From Candidatus Hydrogenedentota bacterium (GTDB taxonomy: Bacteria; Hydrogenedentota; Hydrogenedentia; Hydrogenedentales; JAGMZX01): a stretch of 64,000 nucleotides of DNA. The notes under the pieces were generated by a model. It was not told the origin of the DNA and did not search any database. It was given only the letters and a program-made list of their open reading frames with translations. Numbering within the stretch: position 1 is the first letter of the stretch; each line of letters starts with the position of its first letter. Location of the stretch: NCBI GenBank assembly GCA_029556545.1, contig JAKQEQ010000193.1, forward strand, positions 15,262-79,261, given 5' to 3'. Positions 10,716 to 20,975 of this stretch are shown here, piece after piece. Both the position numbers and the translations under genes were made by a program.

Positions 10716-11558
10716 ATGCGATTGAGTATCGGCGGCTACAGTTTTCACCGGCTGCTCGAAGCGGGCAGGCAGGACATGTTCCGGTACATCCGCGACTGCA
10801 AGGAATTGGGCGCGACCCAGCTTGACCCGTGGAACGCGCAGCTCGCGCCCATTCGTGACGCGGACCAGGTGGTCCACGCGGGAAGCGATCCGGGGCACGC
10901 GCAACTCACCGCGCAGGACGACGCCTATCTCATGCGCGTCCGCGAAGCGGCGGAGGAAGCGGGTCTGCCCTTCGGCTGCATCGCCGTGGACGGCGCGCAC
11001 ATCTACGAGCCGGACCCGGCGGCGCGCGACGCGAACCGCCGCCTCGCGGACCGCTGGCTCGAGGTCGCACGCATCCTCGGCGCGCCCCAGGTGCGCATCG
11101 ATGCCGGAGGACCGGAAGACTTGCCGGATGACGTGTTCGCGATCATCGTGGCGGGATATCGCGACCTCATCGCGCGCGCGGCGGCCAAGGGCATCGAAAT
11201 CCTCATGGAAAACCACTGGGGACCGAGCGTGATCCCGGAGAACGTCGTGCGCGTCCTCGACGCCGTCGAGGGGCTGGGACTCCTCCTCGACAGTAACAAC
11301 TGGGCGCCCGGCATGACCGAGCGCGGCTGGGAATTGTGCGCCAAGTATGCGCGCTCGACCCATTTCAAGACCTTCTCGTTCGACGATCAGGGCAACGAAC
11401 CGTCCGTTGACTTGCCGCGCGCGGTCCGCTTGCTGGTCGAGGCCGGGTACGACGGCTGCTGGGGCATCGAAAGCTGCCCGACTGACGGCGACGAATACGG
11501 GGCCGTGCGCAAGACCGCCGCACTCCTCAAGCGGGCGTTGGCGGCGCTCGGCAAGTAA
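10716..11558 (+). CDS. sugar phosphate isomerase/epimerase (xylose-isomerase-like TIM barrel) family protein
   Basis: Internal ATG 10716 is preceded by the RBS aggagag. MRLSIGGYSFHRLLEAG...ENHWGPS is typical of AP-endonuclease-2 / xylose-isomerase-like TIM barrels. Confidence 0.75.
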   Translation: MRLSIGGYSFHRLLEAGRQDMFRYIRDCKELGATQLDPWNAQLAPIRDADQVVHAGSDPGHAQLTAQDDAYLMRVREAAEEAGLPFGCIAVDGAHIYEPDPAARDANRRLADRWLEVARILGAPQVRIDAGGPEDLPDDVFAIIVAGYRDLIARAAAKGIEILMENHWGPSVIPENVVRVLDAVEGLGLLLDSNNWAPGMTERGWELCAKYARSTHFKTFSFDDQGNEPSVDLPRAVRLLVEAGYDGCWGIESCPTDGDEYGAVRKTAALLKRALAALGK

Positions 11559-11597
11559 CGGCGCGTAACAAGACGAATTGATCTCAAGGAACTGGGT

Positions 11598-11831
11598 ATG
11601 AAATGCCTCATTTGCCATAGCGAGGACATTGAAGTCAGCTCCGTTTACGAAGAATTCGAGAGGGCGGACGACGTCATCCGGGTTTTCCTAACGGTGTCCG
11701 TATGTGCGAACTGCGGCGAGCGTTATTACGACCGACGGACCGTGCGAAAACTTGAACAAATTAGGCGTCAACTCGATAATGGCTCTCTTCCGCTGAAGGA
11801 AGTCGGAAAGGTTTACGTAGGCCGTGTATAG
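11598..11831 (+). CDS. YgiT-type (MqsA N-terminal-like) zinc-ribbon protein, orphan
   Basis: 77 aa, MKCLICHSEDIE...SVCANCGERYYD has C-x2-C...C-x2-C spacing like the YgiT zinc-finger domain. No partner toxin or HTH domain is present. Confidence 0.55.
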   Translation: MKCLICHSEDIEVSSVYEEFERADDVIRVFLTVSVCANCGERYYDRRTVRKLEQIRRQLDNGSLPLKEVGKVYVGRV

Positions 11832-12037
11832 GCGTCTGGCCGTCCGGGTACAATACATATGCTTCAATCGACCGGGAATCAATCGCAAACTCCGCCCGCT
11901 TCCGTTCCCCTCCGAGTTGCAGACTTGGGCTGGACCAGAGAAGAAGCGCTGGAAACATGCCTGCGACTTCGCTCGTTCGAGAAAGAATGGGATGCTCCGG
12001 GAATGGATGCCTATGACCGCGTATAGGCGAAACTACA

Positions 12038-13198
12038 TTGGGATTGTTACTCATGATTGCGAATAGCACTTCCGACGCGACGGACGTCGCGCGAACCCGC
12101 ATTGGCGTCATCGGCGTGGGGCAGATCGGCAAGATACACTTGGACAATTATCGCGCCGCGCCGAATGTCGAGGTGGTTGCTATCGCGGATACGGACGAGG
12201 CGGAGGCGCGCCGTGTGGCCGCGGAGTACGACATCGAGAGCCTATACCGCGACGCGCGGGAACTTCTGGCGCGGGACGACATCGAGGCCGTGGACGTCTG
12301 CCTGCACAACAACCTGCACCGCCCGTACACGGTGGCCGCGCTCGAAGCGGGCAAGCACGTCTACTGCGAAAAGCCGATGGCGGGCGCGTACTGCGACGCC
12401 GCGGCGATGCTCGACGCCGCGCGCGCCTGCGGGAAGATGCTCTCGATTCAGCTCTCGACCTTGTTCTCGCGCGAGACGAGGGCCGCGAAGCAGCTTATCG
12501 ACAACGGCAACCTCGGCAGGCTCTATCACGCGCGCTCGACGGGCTTTCGCCGTCGCGGGCGGCCCTTTGTCGACGGCTACGGCACGGCGCGCTTCGTACA
12601 GCGGGAAATCGCGGCGGGCGGCGCGCTCTTCGACATGGGCGTCTACCACGTCGCGAACATGCTGTACCTTCTCGGGAACCCCGAGGTGCGCTCCATCACC
12701 GGCAAGACGTACCAGGAGACCGAGATGGACGCGACGCGACGCGCATCGAGCGGCTACGACGTCGAGGAACTCGGCGTCGGCTTCGTGCGCCTCGCCGACA
12801 ACGTCACGCTCGATATCATCGAGTCGTGGGCCATCCACATGAACGCCTTCGAGGGCTCGTTTGTCGTCGGCGGCGACGGCGGCGTGCGTCTTGATCCCTT
12901 CGGTTTCTTCCAGAACATCGGCGACCTCGAACTGGATTGCCGCGCGGACCTCGATAGCTTCGACTACCGCCTTCACAACGTACACGACATGGGCGACGCC
13001 TACGACAGCCCGCAGCACCATTGGGCCGCCGCGTTACAGGGACGTGCGCCGCTTCTGCCCACGGCGGAAATCGCGCTCAACACCATGCTCATTTCCGAGG
13101 GCATCTACCTGTCGGACCGGCTCGGGCGTGAAGTCACGGCGGACGAGGTCCGGGCCGCGTCGCAGTCAACCGCGATCATGCAAAGCCTCATCGGATAA
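12038..13198 (+). CDS. Gfo/Idh/MocA-family NAD(P)-dependent oxidoreductase
   Basis: Rossmann N-terminus [18 protein letters not shown]...VVAIADTD and the EKP motif (HVYCEKPMA) are typical of Gfo/Idh/MocA. Confidence 0.85.
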   Translation: MGLLLMIANSTSDATDVARTRIGVIGVGQIGKIHLDNYRAAPNVEVVAIADTDEAEARRVAAEYDIESLYRDARELLARDDIEAVDVCLHNNLHRPYTVAALEAGKHVYCEKPMAGAYCDAAAMLDAARACGKMLSIQLSTLFSRETRAAKQLIDNGNLGRLYHARSTGFRRRGRPFVDGYGTARFVQREIAAGGALFDMGVYHVANMLYLLGNPEVRSITGKTYQETEMDATRRASSGYDVEELGVGFVRLADNVTLDIIESWAIHMNAFEGSFVVGGDGGVRLDPFGFFQNIGDLELDCRADLDSFDYRLHNVHDMGDAYDSPQHHWAAALQGRAPLLPTAEIALNTMLISEGIYLSDRLGREVTADEVRAASQSTAIMQSLIG

Positions 13199-15914
13199 TC
13201 GTGCGGGGTGTGGTCTCGGGCGCGGTGGGGCCGCCGCGTTCCTTGATCTTCTCGCGGCGGGCCGCCACGTCCTCAGACGCCGCGCCGCGCCGCTCGGCCT
13301 CGCCAAGATATCTGGCCGCTCCCGCGCCATCGCCGTGCTCAATCGCGATATCGCAGAGTTCCAGCCACGGCGCGGAATCATCGGGCCGGACATTCACGGC
13401 CTTGTCGAAGTAGTGCGCGGCGCGCTCCGCTCGGCCGACCTCGAGGGCAATCTTGCCGAGCGCGAGTGAACGCCGGACCTCGTCGCCGAGGTCGGCGTTG
13501 TGCCCGAGATACGACTCCGCGGTCTCCCACGACCCGCCGGCCATGCAGCGCGTGGCGAGTTTCGACCACGCCTCGGGCGTCGCGACAGCGTCGCCGCCGT
13601 GATCGCGCACAAACGCATCCGCCGCGCCCGTGCACGCGCGGAGATATCCCAGCGACAGCCACGTTGTCTCGTTTGCCGGCTCCTTCTCGATTGCCGTCTC
13701 GAGGAGATATCCCGCCTGCGTCCATTCGCCGCGCAGCAGGGCGGCCTCGCCCATGACCCGCATCCCTTCGATGATCCGGTCCGGCGTGACGAGCAACGCC
13801 TGCGCGCGCGCCTCGATCGCGGCGGCTTGACCCGCAAGCCGCGCGAATCGTTCCGCCACGGCCTTTAGCGCGCCCTCAGGAGCCCCCCTCGCCGCCTCGC
13901 TTAACACGCCCGCGCAGGACACGACATCGCCAATACCCGCCAGCACGGCGGCATATCGCGCAAGAGCCTCGACGGGCAGTTCGCCGAGGGCGCGCGCGCG
14001 GGCGAAGTATTGCGCCGCCAGACGCAGCGGCTCGATGTCGTGGCCGGTGCGGCCCCACGCTTCAAAGAGCAGCGCAAAATGCGCCGCGACGTCCGGCCCG
14101 TCGGGGTGGGCGCGCAGGAGCCGCACGAACTCCTCGCCGATTTGCGGCGACCACCCGGCGCGGGCGCGCGCTTCGTCGAACGCCGCAAGCACCGCCCCAC
14201 GCGTCCGCGCCTCGTGCAACAGCGCGATCTGCAGGGCGGCGGCCTGATCGAAGGGATTGCGGCGCAACACGTCTCTGAGTTCCGTCATGGCCTCGGCATC
14301 CCGGCCCAGTTGCCGCAACGTCATGCCCAGCTTGCCGCGATAGGAGACGTCGCCGGGCTTGCGATGCAGCGCCTCTCGCCAGCAGCGATCGGCGGCCATC
14401 CAGTGCGCGCGCGCTTCGGGCGCGTTTGCGGCGCTTCGGGCCGACTCGACGGCAAGCGTCCCGAGGTACTCCCAAGGCCGCGCGTCATCCGGCACGGCAT
14501 CCGCGGCGGGGGGCCACAAGCGTACCGGCTCGGACCAGAGTACAAGCCGCTGGTAGGTCAGGACTCCCGATGCAAGCACGCAGCCCGCCACGATCAGACC
14601 GAGCGCGGTCCGCGCGAGGCGCGGCGTGACCACCGAGAACAGCCACGGCGCCAGCAGGGCGAAGCCCGCCATGGCAAAGTAGGCGCGTCGCGCCGTCAGC
14701 AGGTCATCGGAGGGAAGAAGACAGACGGCGGCGCACGCCGCGGCCAACGGCCACAGCAACGCAACACCGCCGATGCCGCGCACAGCGATCAGAAGCACGG
14801 CGGCGACCATCAGGCACGCGAGGATGCCCAAGCCGAGAGACGAAATCGCCATGCCGGCCACGCTCGGCGCGATAGGATTCAACGCAACAGGCCAGAACAC
14901 GTGCGGCAGCAGGCGTTCGAGATACACGGTCAACGCGCCGAAGACCGCGCCGGGCGCCCGCAGGTACTCCGTGCCCCCATCGCCGCCGGACGCAACGCGC
15001 ACCAGCATCAGCGCGATGAAGAACAGTCCGTACAGACCATGCACGGCGCCGCATGCGCGCAGACGCGGCCAACCGCCGCGCACCCAGTCCGCCCAGAACA
15101 AGATCACCGGCAGCACAATCGCCGTGGGCTCCGCCGCGAACGCCAGCGCGTAACAGGCAAGGGAACCGGCAAGCGACAACGCGGAAACCCGCGGTCCCGC
15201 CGGTGGCTCGGTCCCGCCTTCGCTGAAGCTACGGTGGGCACGCAGGAGACCGGCCACAACGGCGTCGCCCGCCTCTCCCTCTGGGAGAGGGGTAGGGTGA
15301 GGGCTCGCGCCTCTTTCGTCCGTGGCGCGGAAGAACAGCAGCGCCGACAACAACGCGAGACACAACGCGAGCGGGCCGGGTCGGCCGAGGGCGTTGGCGA
15401 CGTTCTCCGTCGCGAGCGGATGCACCACGAAGACCAGGCCCGCCGCCATCGCGACCGGCTCCGCGAACCCGGCCCCCAGCAGCCGTCGCGCAAACAGATA
15501 CAGCGACACGCCGCTTAGCAGGTGCAGCGCCAGACTGACCGCGCGAAATCCCCACGCCATGCCGGGCGTGATCCGCCAATTCAGCGCGTGGGAAAACAGC
15601 GCCAGCGGCCCCGTCGCGTCGGTTTCGCGCGCGTCGAGGAACGTCGTCACGCGATGCAGCGCCGGATTGTCCCGGAGATGCGCCGTCTCCGCCCCTTGAA
15701 ACGGCACGCGGAACACGCCCAAGTACGCCACCAACCCGACGATCACGATAAGGAACGCGCTGACCCAGACCTGGGCCGTGTCAATGCCGCGATTGAAATC
15801 CACCACGCCTTTCTCGAGGCGGCGGTCCAACGCGGCATTCCCGGTCGATTCCTCGACCGGCGTATCCGGGTGTTGCGGTTCGTCTGTGGCCACGGCGCGA
15901 GTCCCCGACTTCAT
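13188..15914 (-). CDS. polytopic membrane protein with C-terminal TPR repeats (PMT/DUF2723-like glycosyltransferase-type membrane domain plus TPR)
   Basis: 908 aa. The N-terminal about 450 aa has many TM helices, and the C-terminal half has TPR-like helical repeats. Its 3' end overlaps the oxidoreductase gene convergently. Confidence 0.75.
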   Translation of the reverse strand: MKSGTRAVATDEPQHPDTPVEESTGNAALDRRLEKGVVDFNRGIDTAQVWVSAFLIVIVGLVAYLGVFRVPFQGAETAHLRDNPALHRVTTFLDARETDATGPLALFSHALNWRITPGMAWGFRAVSLALHLLSGVSLYLFARRLLGAGFAEPVAMAAGLVFVVHPLATENVANALGRPGPLALCLALLSALLFFRATDERGASPHPTPLPEGEAGDAVVAGLLRAHRSFSEGGTEPPAGPRVSALSLAGSLACYALAFAAEPTAIVLPVILFWADWVRGGWPRLRACGAVHGLYGLFFIALMLVRVASGGDGGTEYLRAPGAVFGALTVYLERLLPHVFWPVALNPIAPSVAGMAISSLGLGILACLMVAAVLLIAVRGIGGVALLWPLAAACAAVCLLPSDDLLTARRAYFAMAGFALLAPWLFSVVTPRLARTALGLIVAGCVLASGVLTYQRLVLWSEPVRLWPPAADAVPDDARPWEYLGTLAVESARSAANAPEARAHWMAADRCWREALHRKPGDVSYRGKLGMTLRQLGRDAEAMTELRDVLRRNPFDQAAALQIALLHEARTRGAVLAAFDEARARAGWSPQIGEEFVRLLRAHPDGPDVAAHFALLFEAWGRTGHDIEPLRLAAQYFARARALGELPVEALARYAAVLAGIGDVVSCAGVLSEAARGAPEGALKAVAERFARLAGQAAAIEARAQALLVTPDRIIEGMRVMGEAALLRGEWTQAGYLLETAIEKEPANETTWLSLGYLRACTGAADAFVRDHGGDAVATPEAWSKLATRCMAGGSWETAESYLGHNADLGDEVRRSLALGKIALEVGRAERAAHYFDKAVNVRPDDSAPWLELCDIAIEHGDGAGAARYLGEAERRGAASEDVAARREKIKERGGPTAPETTPRTIIR
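15243..15275. repeat. third copy (partial, in-frame inside the TPR membrane protein gene) of the roughly 30-bp repeat that flanks the abrB/vapC cassette
   Basis: caggagaccggccacaacgg matches the core AGGAGACCGGCCACAAC of the repeats at 26742-26771 and 27200-27232. It encodes VVAGLL next to a Pro-rich island [10 protein letters not shown]. Confidence 0.5.
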
Positions 15915-16002
15915 GGTGAAAGCGCGGCGGGATTATAACAACCAGTCACCGGAGATTTCGCACACCGGCATTCACGTGGACAATCTCGCAGCTCGTAGTG
16001 CG

Positions 16003-16048
16003 GCCTTCAGGCTGTCTTTCTCATTCGTAGTTCAGCCTTCAGGCTGTC
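16003..16048. promoter_or_regulatory. direct repeats (about 24 bp, 2 mismatches; 14-bp perfect core GCCTTCAGGCTGTC) in a divergent promoter region, followed by the palindrome CAGGCTAAAGCCTG
   Basis: tcgtagtgcggccttcaggctgtc ... tcgtagttcagccttcaggctgtc with a start-to-start spacing of 32 bp. It lies between the divergent genes 13188..15914(-) and 16223..18553(+). Confidence 0.4.
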
Positions 16049-16222
16049 CTCAGGCTAAAGCCTGCACTACAAACACGCACTGGCTCTCCATCTTTCTTTG
16101 CATTTCTTTGCGCCTTTGCGCACGGCGATGGAAGACCCGCCCCAAGTCGCAAAGGTCGCCAAGGCGGCGGCGGACTTGGTACTGTCATGTGCGGGGGCAA
16201 AGACGCAAGGAGATGTGACGCG

Positions 16223-18553
16223 ATGTGGGCCGCGGTTGGTTGGAAACGACGGCTGATACCGTGGGCGGTGTGTGTCGTTTGTCTTTCGTCGCTCACGGCG
16301 GCGGGCGCGGACACCGCCGCGCCGTGTGTGGCGAATGCATGGCTGCGGGTCTGCTTGGACGCCGCGGACGGGCGGCTCGTGAGTTTCACGGACCTCGCGG
16401 TCGACCACGAGTTTCTGGGCACGGCCGAGAACGCGGACCTCTGGTGGATGGACCTGCTGCCGCCGGGCACGCCGCCGATTACGCCCCGCGACGCGAAGCG
16501 GTTCGCGTGGCGCGCGGGCGCCGCGGCGAACACCCTCGAACTCGAATGGGACGCCTTCGCGGTCGCCGCCGCGCCGGAACTCCGCGTTCGCGCGTCGGTG
16601 CGCGTCGAGCAGGACGCGCCCGCGAGTCATTGGCGCATCGCCGTCGAAGGTGCGGACGCGCTGCAAGTGGCGGCGATTCGGTTTCCCCGCATTGCCGCCG
16701 TCGCGCCTCAGCAGGACGAAACGCTCACCGTGCCCATCTGGATGGGCCAGCGGACGGAACGCGCGCGCGAAATGCTGTCGAGCGGCGGGTCGGCGCACAG
16801 ACTCGAATGGGAGTATCCCGGTATCCTGTCCCTGCAATGCTTGGCCCTGTACGGTCCCGACGGGCCGGGACTCTACCTCGCCTGCGACGACACCCGGCGG
16901 GCGCGCAAGACCTTCGCCGTTTTCGGCGATGGACAGGGCGGCCTCGGCATGGAGATTTCGCACGCGCCGGGAGCGGGCGGCGCGTCGGCGGAATACGCGC
17001 TGCCCTACGCGGTCGAGCTGGCAATTATCGAAGGCGACTGGTTCGCGGCGGCGGCGCGGTATCGCGACGGCGAGCCGAGCGCCTTGTTCGGGCAGGCGTC
17101 GAGGCGCGTGAACGGCGCGGTTCCCGAATGGCTGTTGCGGACCGGCGCATGGGTCTGGAACCGCGGGCGCTCCGAGAACGTGCTCGATCCCGCGCGGGTC
17201 CTGCTAGAACGTCTCGGTATGCCGGTGAGCGTGTTCTGGCATTGGTGGCACGGCTGCCCCTACGACGTGGGCTTCCCCGAGTATCTCCCGCCGCGCGAGG
17301 GCGCGGAACCGTTCCGCGCGGCGGTCGCCGCGATGCACGACGCGGACCTGCGCGCCATCGTGTACATGAACCAGCGGCTTTGGGGCATGGCCACGGCAAG
17401 CTGGCGCGACAAGGCGGCCGAGCGCTTCGCCGTAAAAGGGCCGGACGGCGCGGTCCATCCCGAGGTGTACAACACGTTCACGCGGTCGCCGTGCGCGTCC
17501 ATGTGCATGGGCACCGCGTTCTGGCGGGACAAATACGCGGGCATCGCGGAAGAAGTCCTGTGCGATTACCGCCTCGACGGCATCTACATGGACCAGGCGT
17601 GTTCGAGCCTCGCGTGTTTCGACCCGGCGCACGGCCACCTGCTCGGCGGAGGCACGTACTGGATGGAGGGATTCCAGGCGCTCGTGGGAGATATCCGTCG
17701 CCGCGCGGCGTCATGCGGCAATAGCAGTGACCCTCACCCCAATCCGCTCCCGCGGGGATCGGGCATCGTGCTCGCGGGCGAGGGCTGCGGCGAGGCGTGG
17801 CTGCCGCACCTCGATCTGATGCTCAGCCTGCAAGTGAGCATGGAACGCTACGCAGCGCCGGGCGACTGGGAACCGATCCCCTTCTTCCACGCCGTCTACC
17901 ACGACAAAGCCGTGCTCTACGGCAACTATTCCTCGCTCACGACGCCTCCCTACGATGAGTTGTGGCCCGCCGAGACCGCGCCGAAGGAACCCCTGGCGCT
18001 GCTCGACCGCAAGTATGCGCGGCAGTTTTTCCTCGAACAGGCCCGCGCGTTCGTATGGGGCCAGCAGCCCACGATAGCGAACTTCCGGCCCGGCCACTTC
18101 GATGATCGGGCCGAGGAAATGGCGTACTTCGCGCGCCTGGCCCAGGCGCGCATGAGGGCCTTGCCCTGGCTGCGCGACGGCGTCATGCTGCGACCGCCGC
18201 GACTCGACGTTCCCGAAATCGTCTTCGATGCGTCGCGCCTCTCGATCTACGCCGGTCAAGGCGAGGCGGTGAAGGAATTCTCGATGCGTCATCCCGCGGC
18301 CCTTGCCGCGGCGTGGCAAGCCCCGCGCGACGGAAGCGTGGCGGTCGCCCTCGCGAGCATTTCCGCCGACCCGCTCGACGTCGAACTGCGCTTGCACGGC
18401 CCCGCCTATCCCCTCCCGCGCGCGGGCACGGTTCTCCGCGTCGACGAAACGGGCCAGCAGCCCGTGGGGCGGTTCGAAGACGGTGCGGCGGTGATCACGG
18501 CGCGACTGAAAGCACTGGACGTGTGTGTGTACGTTCTTGTCGGCGACTCATGA
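16223..18553 (+). CDS. secreted hypothetical protein (776 aa), possibly carbohydrate-active
   Basis: Internal ATG 16223 gives a signal peptide MWAAVGWKRRLIPWAVCVVCLSSLTAAGA. The long frame is open and aromatic-rich, with no recognisable motif. Confidence 0.65.
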   Translation: MWAAVGWKRRLIPWAVCVVCLSSLTAAGADTAAPCVANAWLRVCLDAADGRLVSFTDLAVDHEFLGTAENADLWWMDLLPPGTPPITPRDAKRFAWRAGAAANTLELEWDAFAVAAAPELRVRASVRVEQDAPASHWRIAVEGADALQVAAIRFPRIAAVAPQQDETLTVPIWMGQRTERAREMLSSGGSAHRLEWEYPGILSLQCLALYGPDGPGLYLACDDTRRARKTFAVFGDGQGGLGMEISHAPGAGGASAEYALPYAVELAIIEGDWFAAAARYRDGEPSALFGQASRRVNGAVPEWLLRTGAWVWNRGRSENVLDPARVLLERLGMPVSVFWHWWHGCPYDVGFPEYLPPREGAEPFRAAVAAMHDADLRAIVYMNQRLWGMATASWRDKAAERFAVKGPDGAVHPEVYNTFTRSPCASMCMGTAFWRDKYAGIAEEVLCDYRLDGIYMDQACSSLACFDPAHGHLLGGGTYWMEGFQALVGDIRRRAASCGNSSDPHPNPLPRGSGIVLAGEGCGEAWLPHLDLMLSLQVSMERYAAPGDWEPIPFFHAVYHDKAVLYGNYSSLTTPPYDELWPAETAPKEPLALLDRKYARQFFLEQARAFVWGQQPTIANFRPGHFDDRAEEMAYFARLAQARMRALPWLRDGVMLRPPRLDVPEIVFDASRLSIYAGQGEAVKEFSMRHPAALAAAWQAPRDGSVAVALASISADPLDVELRLHGPAYPLPRAGTVLRVDETGQQPVGRFEDGAAVITARLKALDVCVYVLVGDS

Positions 18554-20080
18554 CGCATCCGACCGGTCGCCGCGCGAGTCCTCATCGAGAAACGACGTGT
18601 CCGCCGGCGGTTCGCCACCGCGACGACCGAATCGCGCGAACACGAGCCCGAATGCGCCGACGATGAAGAGCGCCATGCCGAGCAGTTTCGCTGGGCTGCC
18701 CAACGTGCGTTCCGCGCGCAACACGACGGCATCGGCGGCGGCGAGGTCCGGCCGAATCGCAAATATCCAGTCGCCCTGGCGACGCCGCTCGCCGGGGCCG
18801 ATCGTGAACGTCTTCTCGTCTCCGCCGTCAATCGGGACCGCGCGCAAGGTGCACCGCACCTCGGGCGGCGTCGGCTCGCGGCGGTACGCCAGCATGACAT
18901 CGCCGTGCCGCATGTTTTCGCCTTGTCGAAGCGCGAGCGTCTCGCCCGCACTTTCGAGCAGGGCCTCGAAGACCGGTTGCTCCGTCTCCGGGACAGGCAG
19001 CGCCGCGCCCATGAGTTGGTCCAACCGGATTTCGTAAGGGAATTCGTCCGGACGCCACGCCTCCCGATCCTTGATCTCGCCGGTGAAGCGTTTCGCGGCG
19101 GCAGGCTGCGCCTTCGGCAATTCGTAAGCGGCGACAAGCGCGTGACCCTCGCGCCACGCATCCGCCGCGACCACGTGTTGCCACGCGGCGGGCCACTCGA
19201 AACGGAGGCGGCTTTCCGGGTCACGCGCGTTGGCGTCGAGCGTTTCCCTCTGTTGCTTGCCGTCCGCGGCGAATTCCACCGTAATACGCGGCGGTTCCGA
19301 CTTAAATTCAACGAGCGTCGCCTCCGTCCCGTCGCGCAGGACGTGGCCGGTCCCCGGAACAAACGAAGTCGACCAGTGCACGATGGTTGTGGCCGGTCGC
19401 CCGACCGCGCCGTTATCCACCACGCCCCAACGTCCCTCGAACAGGGATTCCGGCGATGCGGCGTGCGCCGCCCGCGCGGCCTCCTCGTCCGTGTGCCAGC
19501 GCAACCGAAGACCGATGCCCGGCGCCACGCGCAGCCAGTTCTCGGCATCCACGAAGAGATGCTCCGTCCAAGGCTCGCCTCGTCGCCGCAACGAGAACGC
19601 CGCCATCGGCTGTCCCTTCGGGTGTCGGACCAATCCACTCCAGCGCCGCAGCGTGACGCGGTACGCCTGGTCGTCAAAGGTGATCGTGGCGCCGTCATGG
19701 AGCGGGATTTCGCGCCGGTCCTCCGCCGCCCGCACGCGCAACACGTCGCGCGGCGGATACTCCCGCAGCACGTCCGCCTCTTCGAGGCGCAGACGGAACG
19801 GAAGGGTCATCGCGTCGTAGGCAAGGTCCGGGTCGAGCAGTCGTCGCGCGATGGCCGGGTTGTCGAACGCGATCACGTCGAGGGGCGCGCGCCGCTGCAT
19901 GCCGACAAAGACCTGCCCGGCCCGACTAGGGCGCACCACGCTCTTCTCGGTGCGGCCCAAGGCCAGCGGCAGTTCGCCGGAGAAGGCGGCCAACCGCTGG
20001 TAGACCAGGCCGCCCAAAGCGAAGACCGCGCCAAGATAAAAGAGCGCGAAAAACAGTCGCGGCGACGATGAGCGTTGCAT
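18548..20080 (-). CDS. hypothetical membrane protein with N- and C-terminal TM anchors and a large extracytoplasmic domain
   Basis: Internal ATG at 20080 (MQRSSSPRLFFALFYLGAVFALGGLVY) gives an N-terminal TM helix. There is a C-terminal TM LLGMALFIVGAFGLVFARF. The upstream 232 codons of track ORF 18548..20776 are rejected as an arginine-rich GC artefact. Confidence 0.55.
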   Translation of the reverse strand: MQRSSSPRLFFALFYLGAVFALGGLVYQRLAAFSGELPLALGRTEKSVVRPSRAGQVFVGMQRRAPLDVIAFDNPAIARRLLDPDLAYDAMTLPFRLRLEEADVLREYPPRDVLRVRAAEDRREIPLHDGATITFDDQAYRVTLRRWSGLVRHPKGQPMAAFSLRRRGEPWTEHLFVDAENWLRVAPGIGLRLRWHTDEEAARAAHAASPESLFEGRWGVVDNGAVGRPATTIVHWSTSFVPGTGHVLRDGTEATLVEFKSEPPRITVEFAADGKQQRETLDANARDPESRLRFEWPAAWQHVVAADAWREGHALVAAYELPKAQPAAAKRFTGEIKDREAWRPDEFPYEIRLDQLMGAALPVPETEQPVFEALLESAGETLALRQGENMRHGDVMLAYRREPTPPEVRCTLRAVPIDGGDEKTFTIGPGERRRQGDWIFAIRPDLAAADAVVLRAERTLGSPAKLLGMALFIVGAFGLVFARFGRRGGEPPADTSFLDEDSRGDRSDAS

Positions 20081-20326
20081 GGCTTCGAGTATGGCACGGC
20101 CCGCGCCGGGGATGCCAGAGTATCGTCGGCTTTGACGGGTATACGCCGGAAGCGGACCGGTTCTCAGCGTTCGGTATCCAAGGCTCCTCCCAAGACGGCC
20201 ACGCCTTTTCTTGCGCATCATGATCATAAGTCGTTTGTGTCCCTTCGGCTCCTTGCGTCCCTGAGCGGTCTTCTCGCGCGCAATTGGTGGACACGCCCGC
20301 GGACCTTGTGTGAGAATGATTCCCTT

Positions 20327-20965
20327 ATGTCTGAACGACAGCAACGTATCCGCCGTTCGCGGCGAACCGGCCTCAGCGGGGTGCTGCAACTCGCGAACGA
20401 ACTCGATTCCGAGCCGGAACACGCGCGCCACGTGCGCACGCTGGCGCGGCTGCTCTTCGACCAGACGAAATCGCTGCACGGCCTTGGCCGCCGCGAACGC
20501 CGCGTCCTCGAAGCAGGGGCACTCCTGCATGACACCGGGTTGCGCCGCGGCGTGAACCGCCACCACAAGCATTCCCGCGACATCATCCTCGACTTGGAAC
20601 TCCCCGGCTTCTCCGAAGAGGAGAAGGCCGTGATCGCCTGTCTTGCGCGATACCACCGCAAGGCCCCGCCCCGCCCGGATCATCGCGTCTTCCGCGACCT
20701 CGCGCCCGAGACGCAGCGAACCGTCCGCGTGCTCGCGGCGATCCTGCGAATCGCCGACGGGCTGGACCGGGCGCATCTGGCGGCGTCACGCGGGCTGCGC
20801 GTGGCCTTGAACGGAACCGACTGCCGCATCGCGGTGGACCAGTCTGCCGAAAGTCAGACCGACCTGTGGGGCGCGATGCGTAAGCGGGACCTCTTCGAGG
20901 AAGTCTTCGGTGTTCGGGTCGAAATAGCGCCCGCCGACATGGCCGCCGCGAGGCCCGAAGGATAA
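20327..20965 (+). CDS. stand-alone HD-domain protein of the Ppx/GppA C-terminal type
   Basis: 212 aa from internal ATG 20327. HARHV...LLFD...LEAGALLHDTG...HHKHSRDIIL...GFSEEEKAVIACLARYHRK matches the HD-like C-terminal domain of exopolyphosphatase/GppA. The ASKHA N-domain is absent. Confidence 0.7.
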   Translation: MSERQQRIRRSRRTGLSGVLQLANELDSEPEHARHVRTLARLLFDQTKSLHGLGRRERRVLEAGALLHDTGLRRGVNRHHKHSRDIILDLELPGFSEEEKAVIACLARYHRKAPPRPDHRVFRDLAPETQRTVRVLAAILRIADGLDRAHLAASRGLRVALNGTDCRIAVDQSAESQTDLWGAMRKRDLFEEVFGVRVEIAPADMAAARPEG

Positions 20966-20975
20966 GGAACGCGCT

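Noticed and set aside
14010-15518. 502-aa plus-strand ORF
   Set aside because: It is antisense to the TPR membrane protein gene. The translation is almost pure Arg/Gln/Gly/Ala, a GC artefact.
18406-19698. 430-aa minus-strand ORF and 18905..20071 plus ORF
   Set aside because: They are off-frame or antisense overlaps of the 18548..20080 gene with Arg/Ser-rich composition. I kept only the frame with TM anchors and balanced composition.
20081-20776. N-terminal 232-codon extension of ORF 18548..20776
   Set aside because: Extremely Arg/Lys/Gly-rich (MIMMRKKRRGRLGRS...) with no signal for coding. The internal ATG 20080 gives a proper N-terminal TM helix.
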